Origin: Telmatocola sphagniphila
GTDB lineage: Bacteria; Planctomycetota; Planctomycetia; Gemmatales; Gemmataceae
DNA length: 32,000 nucleotides
Direction: 5' to 3'
Assembly: GCF_018398935.1 (NCBI RefSeq)
Contig: NZ_CP074694.1
Span: 3,270,001-3,302,000, forward strand
The notes under the pieces: generated by a model
The model's database searches: none
Seen by the model: only the letters and a program-made list of their open reading frames with translations
What the model was told of the DNA's origin: nothing
Position numbers and translations under genes: made by a program
Part shown: positions 1 to 8,758 of the stretch, piece by piece
Position numbering within the stretch: the stretch's first letter is position 1
Layout: each line of letters starts with the position of its first letter

Positions 1-153
1 TGAAACCCGAACTTTCAGCGTAAGCACCAAAACACTGCCTCGAAGGTACAAGCTCTCGAAGCAGATTCGTCGCAATCGTTAGATCTACTCCAATTATACG
101 TGAAGATTAAAAGTGGGGAGTGGTCATTTTCGAAGTCCGAAAAGAAACTCGAT

Positions 154-1404
154 CTAATTTTCGGGCTTCTGGATCCTCAGAACAAAAGTCGGATTGACCG
201 CTTCAAATCTCAAAGCCTCCAACTGCTCCACACTCCGGGAGAGGTTCAGCAAAAGCACGTTGACGGGTGTGACGAGCTTTTTCATGACCTCGTAGGTTGC
301 AGTCAGCATTTCCAGAGTAGCCACATTGATCACCAATCGTCCGCCCGCGCGTAAGGCCGCGAACGAAGATTCGATCAGGCGGGCGATCTCACCTCCATTG
401 CCGCCAATAAAAATTGCATCCGGCGCGGGGAGATTTGCGAACACGGCCGGTGCCGTACCAAACACTGCCTGGACGTTGTGGATGCCGTAAGTGTCCGCAT
501 TGGCCACGATCAGGTGGTAATCTGCGGAATCTTGCTCGATCGCGTAAACTCGCCCCGGTTCGACCAACTGGGCGGCTTCCAATGCCACCGAGCCCGAACC
601 CGCTCCGACGTCCCACATAATTTGTCCGGAACGAAGATCGAGCTGAGCGAGTGCAATCGCTCGTACTTCAGCTTGGGTGATCAAACCACTTTTCGGTCGA
701 CTCTGGGCAAAGACATCATCGGGATTGCCGAAACGCATCAGCCGGCGCGTCGAATTGGGCTGATCGGGTCGACCGGCTTTCCGACGAAGAATCATCACAT
801 TCAACGGGTCGAATTGTTGCGATTGGATCTCGACCAACTCGCCTTGGGTAATCCTTTCGTCCCGACCGCCGAGATTTTCACAAACATAAACTTTGAAATA
901 ATCGAGACCACGCACGAGCAATTCTCGAGCAATCCGGTTCGGGGTGTAAATATCACTGGTGAATAACCCCACCGTCTCCGCCGTGCGGATTCGGTCGAGC
1001 ACATCGTCGAGATTGCGAATGGATAGATCCGTCAAAAAAGCTTCTTCCCAGGACTCTTTGATGCGTGCAAACGCCAGTTGCATCGAACTGACGTGGGAAT
1101 AAACTTCAAAATTTTCCGAGCCGAGATTTTCACAGAGATAGCGAGCCACTCCGTAAAAAAGCGGATCTCCCGTGGCGAGGACGACTTGCTTCCGCGTGGT
1201 TAAGTTGGATCGCAAACTTTCAATGACTGCCTGGAGATCACCGCCAATGCGGATTCTTTCTCCCGACACTTCGGGTATGAGGCGGAGAACGTTATTTGTG
1301 CCGTATATCAGATCGGCGGAGTTCAGCAAATCCTGGGCACTCCTGGCCAAACCCGCCAGGCCATCCCCGCCTACACCAATGATCGCTATTTTAGATGAAG
1401 ACAT
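154..1404 (-). CDS. cobL: Precorrin-6Y C5,15-methyltransferase (decarboxylating), fused CbiE/CbiT type (CobL)
   Basis: ORF 154..1461. The N-terminal half resembles a tetrapyrrole methylase (KIAIIGVGGDG, ATGDPLFYG). The C-terminal half is a class I SAM methyltransferase (WDVGAGSGSVALEAA). The ATG at 1404 (MSSSKIAIIG) is preferred over the upstream in-frame start at 1461. Confidence 0.8.
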   Translation of the reverse strand: MSSSKIAIIGVGGDGLAGLARSAQDLLNSADLIYGTNNVLRLIPEVSGERIRIGGDLQAVIESLRSNLTTRKQVVLATGDPLFYGVARYLCENLGSENFEVYSHVSSMQLAFARIKESWEEAFLTDLSIRNLDDVLDRIRTAETVGLFTSDIYTPNRIARELLVRGLDYFKVYVCENLGGRDERITQGELVEIQSQQFDPLNVMILRRKAGRPDQPNSTRRLMRFGNPDDVFAQSRPKSGLITQAEVRAIALAQLDLRSGQIMWDVGAGSGSVALEAAQLVEPGRVYAIEQDSADYHLIVANADTYGIHNVQAVFGTAPAVFANLPAPDAIFIGGNGGEIARLIESSFAALRAGGRLVINVATLEMLTATYEVMKKLVTPVNVLLLNLSRSVEQLEALRFEAVNPTFVLRIQKPEN

Positions 1405-1668
1405 GCTTAACTTCGTATTGGCCACAGAAATTGGAATGTTGCCAATTCTAGACTCTAGCAAATTTCCTGCAACCGGATCGGTTCGGAAGATCTCGATTAA
1501 ATTGACGATTCATCCGCCCTTCGCACTAAACTCGTGCAGGAAAAGCCTAATTCTCAGGCATGCATAGACCATCCGAGAGCGTTTTTTAAGGTAATTGCCG
1601 GTCTAACATTTGCTGCTTCTTCTCTCAAGCATCATCTTCCCTACATCATCTTGAGCGTGAGTCTGCTT

Positions 1669-3126
1669 ATGCGTTCCAAGTCGGCAAAGGAAACGGACTT
1701 GCTTCACAACTACGAACTCGTCGGTTACGATGAAATGATGGCCACCCCCGGCCAGATGCGTAACCATTATGCCCCACTCTCGGAGACCCTTACGGATTTA
1801 GGGGCTTCCGAGATCGAACGCCGCGCTCGCATGGCCGATAACATCATGCGGCAACAAGGGATCACTTTCACCGTCTATGGCCGAGGTCAGGGGGTCGAAC
1901 GGATCATGCCCTTCGACCCGGTTCCCCGATTAGTTCCGAATAATGAGTGGGAGAAAATCGAGGCCGGACTCAAACAGCGCGTTCGAGCCATAAACCTGTT
2001 CATTCAGGACATCTACCACGAACGACTGATTCTGAAAGCCGGAAAGGTTCCCGCCGAGCTAGTCTTCGGGGCCTCTGGGTATCGAAGGGAAATGGTAGGC
2101 GTTAAAGTCCCGCGGGATATTTACATTCATGTTTCCGGTATCGATCTGATTCGCGACAAAGATGGGAATTATCTCGTTCTGGAGGATAATTGCCGGACTC
2201 CTTCAGGAGTCAGCTACGTCCTGAAGAACCGGGAAGTTATGAAACAGGCTTTTCCCGCTTTATTCGAAGCTTATTCCGTCCGTCCGGTCGACGATTACGC
2301 CGCCAACCTGCTGGCCGTGTTAAAATCCATCGCTCCTGCTGGTGTGAATGATCCGAAAATCGTCGTTCTTACACCCGGCGTCTACAACTCGGCCTACTAC
2401 GAACACAGTTTTCTGGCCCGCCAAATGGGAGTCGAACTGGTGGAAGGCCGGGACTTGCTGATCGACAACGGCGGGCTCTATATGCGAACGACGCGCGGCT
2501 TACAACGCGTGGATGTGGTGTATCGACGGATCGATGATGATTTCCTTGATCCCCTGACCTTCCGGCGAGACAGCCAGTTGGGTGTGGCAGGTCTGGTGAG
2601 TGCTTATCGGGCCGGTCGCGTTGGATTAGCAAACGCAATTGGTCCAGGCGTCGCCGATGACAAAGGAATTTATCCGTTTGTTCCCGAGATCATAAAATTC
2701 TATCTCGATGAACAACCGATCCTTCAGAACGTGGAAACCTTCCGGCCTTTGATTCCCTCGCACATGTCGCACATTCTCGCCAATATTGAGAAACTGGTCG
2801 TGAAGGCCGTCGATGCTTCAGGCGGCTATGGCATGCTCATCGGTCCAGCATCCACCAAGGAACAACAGGACGAATTCCGGAAGAAAATCCAGGACAACCC
2901 CCGAGGATATATCGCGCAGCCGACGATCAGCCTCAGCCAACATCCCACACTTGTCGGCGACCGACTAGAAGGTCGGCACATTGATCTCAGGCCCTTCGTA
3001 CTCTACGGGGAGGAGATCAAAATTCTGCCCGGCGGTCTGACTCGCGTTGCCTTGCCCAAGGGTAGCTTGGTCGTAAACAGCAGCCAGGGAGGCGGCAGCA
3101 AGGATACCTGGGTCCTCGCGAATTAA
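1669..3126 (+). CDS. Circularly permuted type-2 ATP-grasp protein (DUF404/DUF407 family)
   Basis: ORF 1534..3126. The likely start is the ATG at 1669 (MRSKSAKETDLL), because the upstream 45 codons look non-coding. Family-typical blocks are present (GIDLIRDKDGNYLVLEDNCRTPSGVSY, VVYRRIDDDFLDP, GVADDKGIY). An alpha-E gene follows directly, which is the canonical pairing. Confidence 0.8.
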   Translation: MRSKSAKETDLLHNYELVGYDEMMATPGQMRNHYAPLSETLTDLGASEIERRARMADNIMRQQGITFTVYGRGQGVERIMPFDPVPRLVPNNEWEKIEAGLKQRVRAINLFIQDIYHERLILKAGKVPAELVFGASGYRREMVGVKVPRDIYIHVSGIDLIRDKDGNYLVLEDNCRTPSGVSYVLKNREVMKQAFPALFEAYSVRPVDDYAANLLAVLKSIAPAGVNDPKIVVLTPGVYNSAYYEHSFLARQMGVELVEGRDLLIDNGGLYMRTTRGLQRVDVVYRRIDDDFLDPLTFRRDSQLGVAGLVSAYRAGRVGLANAIGPGVADDKGIYPFVPEIIKFYLDEQPILQNVETFRPLIPSHMSHILANIEKLVVKAVDASGGYGMLIGPASTKEQQDEFRKKIQDNPRGYIAQPTISLSQHPTLVGDRLEGRHIDLRPFVLYGEEIKILPGGLTRVALPKGSLVVNSSQGGGSKDTWVLAN

Positions 3127-3166
3127 ACGGTAACTTGGCGTCGGTCTTCCAAGGAAATCTTTAAAT

Positions 3167-4117
3167 ATGCTCTCGAGAGTTGCGGAAAATCTTTACTGGA
3201 TCAGTCGCTATGTCGAGCGAGCTGACAACGTGGTCCGTCTGCTGGCCGATGCTTTTCAGATGGAGCTCGAAACCGGAAGAACTTGGGTGGATGGACCCAG
3301 GCCGCTGGAAAGAGTACTGAAGATTCTCAGCATCGATATTCAGAGCATCCAGGATGAAAATGTTCCGAGTGTGGAGCGAATTGAAGAGATTCTCCGAGAA
3401 CTGACTTTTGAAAGAAAAAACGACTATTCCGTTTTAAGTATGCTCGGACGTGCTCGGGAAAATGCTCGCAGCGTTCAAGAGGCACTATCGACTGAAGCCT
3501 GGAGTCAGATCAATCAGATCTATCTTTACCTGATCAGCCCGCGAGCCACCGAGCGATTCAACACGGGCGCGTACCGTTATTTCCAGAAACTGAAAAAGGA
3601 CTGCACTCTTTTCACCGCGATTATTGAGACTACGCTCCCTCGTACCGAGGCTTACCACTTCCTGATGCTCGGGCGCTATCTCGAACGGGTCGATATTCTC
3701 TCGCGCATCATAGCTGTGCATGCTTCGCTACTCAAAGAAACGAAAGGAAGCGGCCCCTGGCTCCTACCCTGGACGAATCTTCTGCGGGTCTATTCCGCGA
3801 ACGAAGCGTACATGCGCCATAGCGGCGAGCGAATCGATCCGCCGGGTGTCATTCGATATCTGCTCCTGGAAGAAGACTTTCCCCGCTCGATGCGGTTTGC
3901 ACTTTCGAGATGCTTGAAGAATTTGCGAGCCGTGGCCGGATCGAGTATTGGTGCCAGTAGTCAGGCGGAACGGCATCTGGGCCGGTTGGAAAGCGATCTA
4001 CGTTACATCGATATCGATGAGGTATTGAACAAAGGCATCGGTGAATTTCTCGAAGGAGTCCAGAATACCTGCGCTCAGGTGGGTTCCGAAATCCATCAGG
4101 CCTATTTCCGAACCTAA
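3167..4117 (+). CDS. Alpha-E domain protein (DUF403 family)
   Basis: The N-terminus MLSRVAENLYWISRYVERADNVVRLL and the internal repeat YHFLMLGRYLERVDILSRI are the hallmark alpha-E helices. The gene lies 40 nt downstream of the ATP-grasp gene on the same strand. Confidence 0.8.
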   Translation: MLSRVAENLYWISRYVERADNVVRLLADAFQMELETGRTWVDGPRPLERVLKILSIDIQSIQDENVPSVERIEEILRELTFERKNDYSVLSMLGRARENARSVQEALSTEAWSQINQIYLYLISPRATERFNTGAYRYFQKLKKDCTLFTAIIETTLPRTEAYHFLMLGRYLERVDILSRIIAVHASLLKETKGSGPWLLPWTNLLRVYSANEAYMRHSGERIDPPGVIRYLLLEEDFPRSMRFALSRCLKNLRAVAGSSIGASSQAERHLGRLESDLRYIDIDEVLNKGIGEFLEGVQNTCAQVGSEIHQAYFRT

Positions 4118-5091
4118 AGCACAATCGACGCCAGGGTGAAGTAGAACAGAAGGGCGAACAAATCGGTCAGAGCCAGGGTGATTGGCCCGGCGGCAATTTT
4201 CGGGTCGAGTTTTAGCGCATGCAATAGAGTCGGCATGCTCAGACCGAAGATGCAGGCGAATATCAACGAGATTCCAATGCCCGAGCCGATCACCAAAGCC
4301 GCGGGAATCTCTCCGCGCCAGGCCAGAACAATTAAACCGACGAGCAATCCACAACTCATGCCCAATAGCAAAGAGGTCCGAAGCTCCTTTTTCAAAGCCC
4401 GGCGATAAAGCCGCCACGTCGGCGTTGCTCCCCTTAAGGACTGAATCGAAACCGTCATCGATTGAATGCTGACACTTTCCGCCAAACCGAGCACCATCGT
4501 CAAAAAGAAGGCGAGAACAATGCTTTTTTCGAGTGTCTTCTCAAATCGGCTCGTCAGTAACGCACAACAGGTTCCGGAGCCCACGGTGGCCAGGAGCCAG
4601 GGAAACCGGATGGCGTAGGCTTTCAGTGAAGAGGCATTTCGAATGGCGGAGAGTCGGAAACCCAGAGCTTCGAAAGCTTCATCAGTCTGCTCTTTCTCGT
4701 CCATATTGAGCACGCCTTCGGTGAAGACGCTGATCTCGGCGATTCCCAGAATCTGGCGATCCGCATCAATGACCGGGATAGCCAAATATTTGTACATGAC
4801 GAAAAATTCACAGGCATCGAGCACCGTGGCCATGTGCGGAATCGTAACCACATTCAAATTCATGATTTCGGAGATGAGATCGGTCGGCTTGGCAAGTAAC
4901 AGCTTTCGCGTAGGCACCACCCCCACCAGTCCATTAAACTCATCGGTAGCATAAAAATAGACAATCTGATCGCTCACTCCCTGAGTGCGGATTTGCTCCA
5001 ACGCCTGTTCGACCGTCATCGAAGTCCGAAGGGTGGTATAGTCGTTGCGAATCAATTTCAAAATGGAATCGTTCAGCTGCAAATGCGGCAT
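4114..5091 (-). CDS. mgtE: MgtE-family divalent cation transporter (CBS pair plus MgtE membrane domain, no MgtE_N domain)
   Basis: 325 aa. The first ~130 aa show a CBS-pair-like pattern. A C-terminal 5-TM region ends with DPKIAAGPITLALTDLFALLFYF, which resembles the conserved MgtE pore segment. The 3' end overlaps the convergent alpha-E gene by 4 nt. Confidence 0.7.
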   Translation of the reverse strand: MPHLQLNDSILKLIRNDYTTLRTSMTVEQALEQIRTQGVSDQIVYFYATDEFNGLVGVVPTRKLLLAKPTDLISEIMNLNVVTIPHMATVLDACEFFVMYKYLAIPVIDADRQILGIAEISVFTEGVLNMDEKEQTDEAFEALGFRLSAIRNASSLKAYAIRFPWLLATVGSGTCCALLTSRFEKTLEKSIVLAFFLTMVLGLAESVSIQSMTVSIQSLRGATPTWRLYRRALKKELRTSLLLGMSCGLLVGLIVLAWRGEIPAALVIGSGIGISLIFACIFGLSMPTLLHALKLDPKIAAGPITLALTDLFALLFYFTLASIVL

Positions 5092-5238
5092 GGAGAACCT
5101 GATCGAGGTTGTTTACTATCGGGATTTTGCGTCAAGATAACGGTACGGTTGTAATTTGCGAAGGCGAATTGGCACTCGTGAGCCTGCGAAACCGCGTGGT
5201 AGTTTGGGCTTGCTCCACTTTCGATAAATTGAAAACGA

Positions 5239-5311
5239 TAGCGACGACTGGATTTGAACCAGTGACCCGACGCTTATGAAGCGTCTGCTCTAACCCCTGA
5301 GCTACGTCGCC
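5239..5311 (-). tRNA. tRNA with CAU anticodon (elongator Met, or Ile2 if lysidine-modified)
   Basis: The reverse complement reads GGCGACG TA GCTC AGGGGTTA GAGC A GACGC TTCATAA GCGTC GGGTC ACTGG TTCAAAT CCAGT CGTCGCT A, a full 73-nt cloverleaf. The anticodon loop is UUCAUAA. The 1:72 pair is G-U, so this is not an initiator. No CCA is encoded. Confidence 0.85.
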
Positions 5312-5354
5312 GTACACCAAATCTTAGCAAAAGTCGCCGTCTCAGCAACCCCCT

Positions 5355-6359
5355 TTAACTGCCTTTGGCGGTGCGAATGAAGGCTTCAAAATTCGCCACC
5401 GGAGTATCCTTATCCATTCCATGGCTGAGGTTCAGGATATGTCGATGTCCGCCGCCTGCTTTTAAGCAGGCTGCCGTAGCCTCAGCCACCTGCTCCGGGG
5501 TGCCTGTTTGCATTAAATCATCATCGACGTTGCCCTGAAAAACCAGAGTAGGGAACTTTTCCTTGGCCGCCGCGAGATCGTGGCTTTTGCCCAAGCTGAT
5601 GATCTGGGCTCCCGATCGGCACATTTCGTCCAGATAAGGGTTCTCTTTCACGAACAGGACACCGGGAGCCCCTTGAACGTTCGCGAAAATCAGCCGGTGA
5701 AACGGATCGGCCCACATCGCATATTCTTCGTAGCGTAGGTCACCCGCCCAGGAATCGAAAATCTGGTATAGGTCGGCCCCTTCATCCAGCATGATGTTCA
5801 AGAAACGGTTGGTGGCCGTGTGCAACTTTCGCAACAGCGAGATCCACAAATCGCGGTTGGCACTGGCAAATGCTCGAGTGGCCTCCAAATTTTTACCCGT
5901 TCCGATGCAATAGGTGGCTACTGTGAAGGGAGCTCCCGCGAAAATCAAGATGGGCAGTTCCCCATCCAATTCCCGCTTCACCTTCTTAAGAAGCTGGAGA
6001 ATGTGCCAAAAATCTTCCCCTTCGATTTTACTTTCCAGAGCATCCAGATCGGCCTGAGTTCGGATCGGCTTACGCGGCACCGGACCGACCTGAGGCTTCA
6101 AATCGAAAGGCAACCCCATGGCCACAGGAATGCTCGTGATATCGTAGAAGAGAATAATCCCATCTACACCAAAGCGTTTAGGGCAAAGCGATGCCCGTGC
6201 CGAAGCGTCGACATCCTCGGAGAACTCGTAAAAACTTTTCCCGGCTCGGATTTTCAGAAATTCCGGGTCCCACCGTCCTGCCTGGCGCATAGCCCAGACT
6301 GGGGTACGTTCCACCTTCTCGCCGCGTGCCGCCCGGATTAGTAAGTGATCGTTTGCCAT
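5355..6359 (-). CDS. hemE: Uroporphyrinogen decarboxylase
   Basis: 334 aa. It carries the N-terminal signature ERTPVWAMRQAGRWDPEF and has family-typical length. Confidence 0.9.
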   Translation of the reverse strand: MANDHLLIRAARGEKVERTPVWAMRQAGRWDPEFLKIRAGKSFYEFSEDVDASARASLCPKRFGVDGIILFYDITSIPVAMGLPFDLKPQVGPVPRKPIRTQADLDALESKIEGEDFWHILQLLKKVKRELDGELPILIFAGAPFTVATYCIGTGKNLEATRAFASANRDLWISLLRKLHTATNRFLNIMLDEGADLYQIFDSWAGDLRYEEYAMWADPFHRLIFANVQGAPGVLFVKENPYLDEMCRSGAQIISLGKSHDLAAAKEKFPTLVFQGNVDDDLMQTGTPEQVAEATAACLKAGGGHRHILNLSHGMDKDTPVANFEAFIRTAKGS

Positions 6360-6561
6360 CAGGATGTTTTAAGGAAAAGCGAGGGACTGGCGAATTGGAG
6401 TTCGGGTAATTCCGATAATCTCGAAGCAAGAAGAGACACTTAAACGACAGAAAGTTCGAAGTGGAAAGAAAGGCATGCCGTTTAGGACAGTCGGGACACT
6501 TAATAGAGAAAGGAGATAACGAAACTCGCTATCCCCTTCGCTGAGAGTACAAAGGCTCAAC

Positions 6562-7656
6562 TTAGTTGTCGAACTGCACGATTTCGCCACCGTTGCGGGT
6601 AACGATCGAAGCAATGAAGGCTACAGTCGAAGAATCCTTGATCCAACGTACGGAACCATCCGCGAACAGACCCCAGGCTCCACCGGTGTGGAACTAATAA
6701 ATTTCGTTATTGGAGGTACAGTTCACCATGCATGTTCCACCGTTTCCTCGGATACCGGAAGGCAAAGAGCCATCCAAGTGAGCATAAGAGTAAGTATCGG
6801 CCCAAGCGCCGCCGCCTCCGCTGGTGGGATTAATGATTCCGTCGACCGGAGCGCCGTACTGCGAGAAATTTTGTCGTTGTGCATTGTAACCGACCGGACG
6901 ACCGGACATTTCCGAAGCCATCATCGTATTAGAAGTTCCATCGGTGATGGAAGCAATCTTAACGTTCTGCGTTTGCGAACAGATCACACCGGTTTCACCA
7001 GATGCAATGGCGATATAAGAGGCCGGCAATCCGGCTGCTGTCAATGGAGCGGAGTGCAAACCGGGAATCACGAAGTAATCGCAGAGGCCCCAGATTTGAG
7101 TAGGAGGGCTGGAAAGGGGAGCACCACTTCCGTTGCCATAACTGGACCAGTTCGCGTTGTAATAATTGATTACAGAAGGAGCGGGAGAAGAGGGGCAAAT
7201 GTAAGTCTTGATCGCAGTAGAGTATGCAGTGTTGTTAGCGGTCCCTTCGCCGGGATCCAAGCCACCTGCGCCACCGGTAACAGGAGGTTGATTTACAACG
7301 TCGTAGGAGGAAAGTTGTATGTTGATCTTGGCGTAAAGGTTACCCTGTTCAATGTGAGGCAGAATGATGGTGAAAAACGCCGGACCTGCATTCGAACCAG
7401 CCACTTGAGCGGAAGGATCCGGATCGTTGGCGACGATCGCGTAATCTGGCGGCATTACGCCATAAGCGCTTTCATAGTTCATGGTCGCGAGACCAATCTG
7501 CTTCAGATTGTTGCTGCAGGCCATTCGAGCCGCGGCTTCGCGCACTTTCTGAACTGCGGGAAGCAGCAGGCCAATCAGGATTGCTATGATCGCAATCACC
7601 ACCAGCAATTCAATGAGCGTAAAAGCTTTACGCTGCCGTCCGATCATGTTTCTCAC
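6562..7656 (-). pseudogene. DUF1559 / prepilin-type N-terminal domain protein interrupted by an in-frame TAG at 6694-6696
   Basis: The N-terminus is [49 protein letters not shown], a prepilin methylation motif followed by the DUF1559 start. The ORF stops at TAG (...CTSNNEIY*). The same frame then continues for 43 codons as FHTGGAWGLFADGSVRWIKDSSTVAFIASIVTRNGGEIVQFDN*, which is the canonical DUF1559 C-terminal block. Confidence 0.65.
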
Positions 7657-7711
7657 GGATTCACCTTGAATAGTGTAAAAAAACTGAATGCACTATGAGA
7701 TTTGGTCGATT

Positions 7712-8173
7712 TCAATCCGTTAAGTCGAACGGAGGAATCTCATTCTTACCGGCGATTATTTTTGCTTCGAGAAGCGGATTGCCGGCAACGAAATATTTCT
7801 GTTTCAGCCGATCGGGTTGATTACCCTTCTTGGGAGCGGCGGGCGTGTGATGGCCCTTGGCTTCCGTATCCTCTCTAGGCCAATAGACGATAACAGTATA
7901 ATCTCCCGGAGCCGCACCTTTACCAAATCGGCTCGTTTCCAACGTGTAGGTCCCATCCTCGCCCACTACGGCTGATGCCGTTTGCGACACCTTCGGATCG
8001 GCTCCTTTAACATTGAAGTAGAGAATCGCACCCACCGCAGGTTGTCCCTTATAAATAACCTTACCCGTAACCGGATAGAGATTATTGCTATTTCCGCAGG
8101 ATGGGACAAATATCAATAGCCCCAGTAGACAAAGATGCATGGAACGGTTAATTGTTGATTTTGAAGAATTCAT
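7712..8173 (-). CDS. Small lipoprotein with carboxypeptidase-regulatory-like (transthyretin-like) fold, DUF1559 partner
   Basis: 153 aa. It has a signal/lipobox-like N-terminus (MHLCLLGLLIFVPSC). This is followed by YPVTGKVIYKGQPAVGAILYF...GEDGTYTLET...PGDYTVIV, typical of the small proteins encoded next to DUF1559 genes in planctomycetes. An alternative start lies at 8140. Confidence 0.65.
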   Translation of the reverse strand: MNSSKSTINRSMHLCLLGLLIFVPSCGNSNNLYPVTGKVIYKGQPAVGAILYFNVKGADPKVSQTASAVVGEDGTYTLETSRFGKGAAPGDYTVIVYWPREDTEAKGHHTPAAPKKGNQPDRLKQKYFVAGNPLLEAKIIAGKNEIPPFDLTD

Positions 8174-8232
8174 GATATTATATTCCGACGATTATTGGCT
8201 TTTATGCTTACAATCATCTTTTAATACTTAGA

Positions 8233-8266
8233 ATTTAAATCTCAATATATAATTTGAGATTTAAAT
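8233..8266. repeat. Perfect 13-bp inverted repeat (ATTTAAATCTCAA-8 nt-TTGAGATTTAAAT)
   Basis: Read directly from the sequence. It lies about 60-90 bp upstream of the start of the lipoprotein/DUF1559 gene pair, in an AT-rich spacer. Confidence 0.6.
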
Positions 8267-8655
8267 AATACTCAGATGCCAACAGATAATTGATCATGTC
8301 AAAAAGCTTATGGGTAAGCCCTGACAACCACCTGACATGTTTCGAAGAAGAAAATGCGAAGAAATCAAGGAGTCTACTTCACCGTTCCTTCAAATGCCTT
8401 ATCGACTTCTGTATTTGGTATCAAAAACCATGAATTGGAACCAGTTAGATGCACTGAGGAAGTCACGAGTTCGGGATCACTCGCTTCCCGAAAGCTGTAC
8501 GGACGCACATATCTAATGAGGAATATTAATTTTTTGTATGAGCCAAGCCCATGAGATAAGTTTACATTTATCTATAATGGTGGATTATATAGGAAAGGTA
8601 ATTGTAACGCTTTCTCAGATGCGACGGGCTTTTATAAGGTGCCGAATCTAATCGA

Positions 8656-8663
8656 GTGGTTTT
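8656..8663. repeat. Target-site duplication GTGGTTTT (left copy)
   Basis: An identical 8-mer directly flanks both IS termini (8656-8663 and 10088-10095). Confidence 0.85.
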
Positions 8664-8683
8664 GGCTCTTCCGTTTTTAGGCG
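8664..8683. repeat. IS left terminal inverted repeat
   Basis: GGCTCTTCCGTTTTTAGGCG; it matches the reverse complement of the right end at 18/20 positions. Confidence 0.8.
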
Positions 8684-8758
8684 CAACTCTCGGCGAATCG
8701 GTCATTTTGGGATAGATTGCAATTGAGAGTACCCTTTTCCTGGTTCACGGAAGAGCCG

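Noticed and set aside
1405-1668. Possible cobalamin riboswitch in the divergent cobL / ATP-grasp spacer.
   Set aside because: I could not find a B12-box-like core or the expected conserved helices by eye on the cobL strand. This needs a covariance-model scan before any claim.
1534-1668. 45-codon N-terminal extension of the ATP-grasp ORF.
   Set aside because: Its composition (MQEKPNSQACIDHPRAFF...) is unlike the family N-terminus. The internal ATG at 1669 gives a protein of family-typical length.
5132-5320. 62-aa ORF on the minus strand.
   Set aside because: It is simply the translation of the tRNA-CAU gene and its flank (the GDVAQGLEQTLHKRRVTGSNPVV segment corresponds to the tRNA sequence).
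6435-6503. Two copies of GACACTTAA exactly 60 bp apart between hemE and the DUF1559 tail.
   Set aside because: A single 9-bp repeat pair in a 200-bp spacer is within chance expectation, and there is no extended similarity around the copies.
6694-6696. The TAG in the DUF1559 gene as a pyrrolysine or other recoded codon.
   Set aside because: There are no pylS/pylT/pylBCD-like genes or a PYLIS-like context in the window, and the lineage is not known for Pyl decoding. A nonsense mutation or a sequencing error is far more parsimonious.
6688-7698. 336-aa plus-strand ORF fully overlapping the DUF1559 gene. Similar long antisense ORFs occur at 19347..20219, 8702..9457, 16372..16866, 20430..21008 and 21579..22175.
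   Set aside because: Their composition is Arg/Gly/Ser-rich with no recognisable motifs. Each lies opposite a gene with clear family signatures, which is the typical shadow-ORF pattern of moderately GC-rich coding DNA.
8354-8554. 66-aa ORF in the AT-rich island. Similar short ORFs occur at 10181..10414 (minus, TTG start) and 10237..10467 (plus).
   Set aside because: There is no RBS and the composition and codon pattern are atypical. I recognise no motifs, one uses a non-ATG start and one overlaps the esterase 3' end. They are treated as non-coding unless expression data say otherwise.
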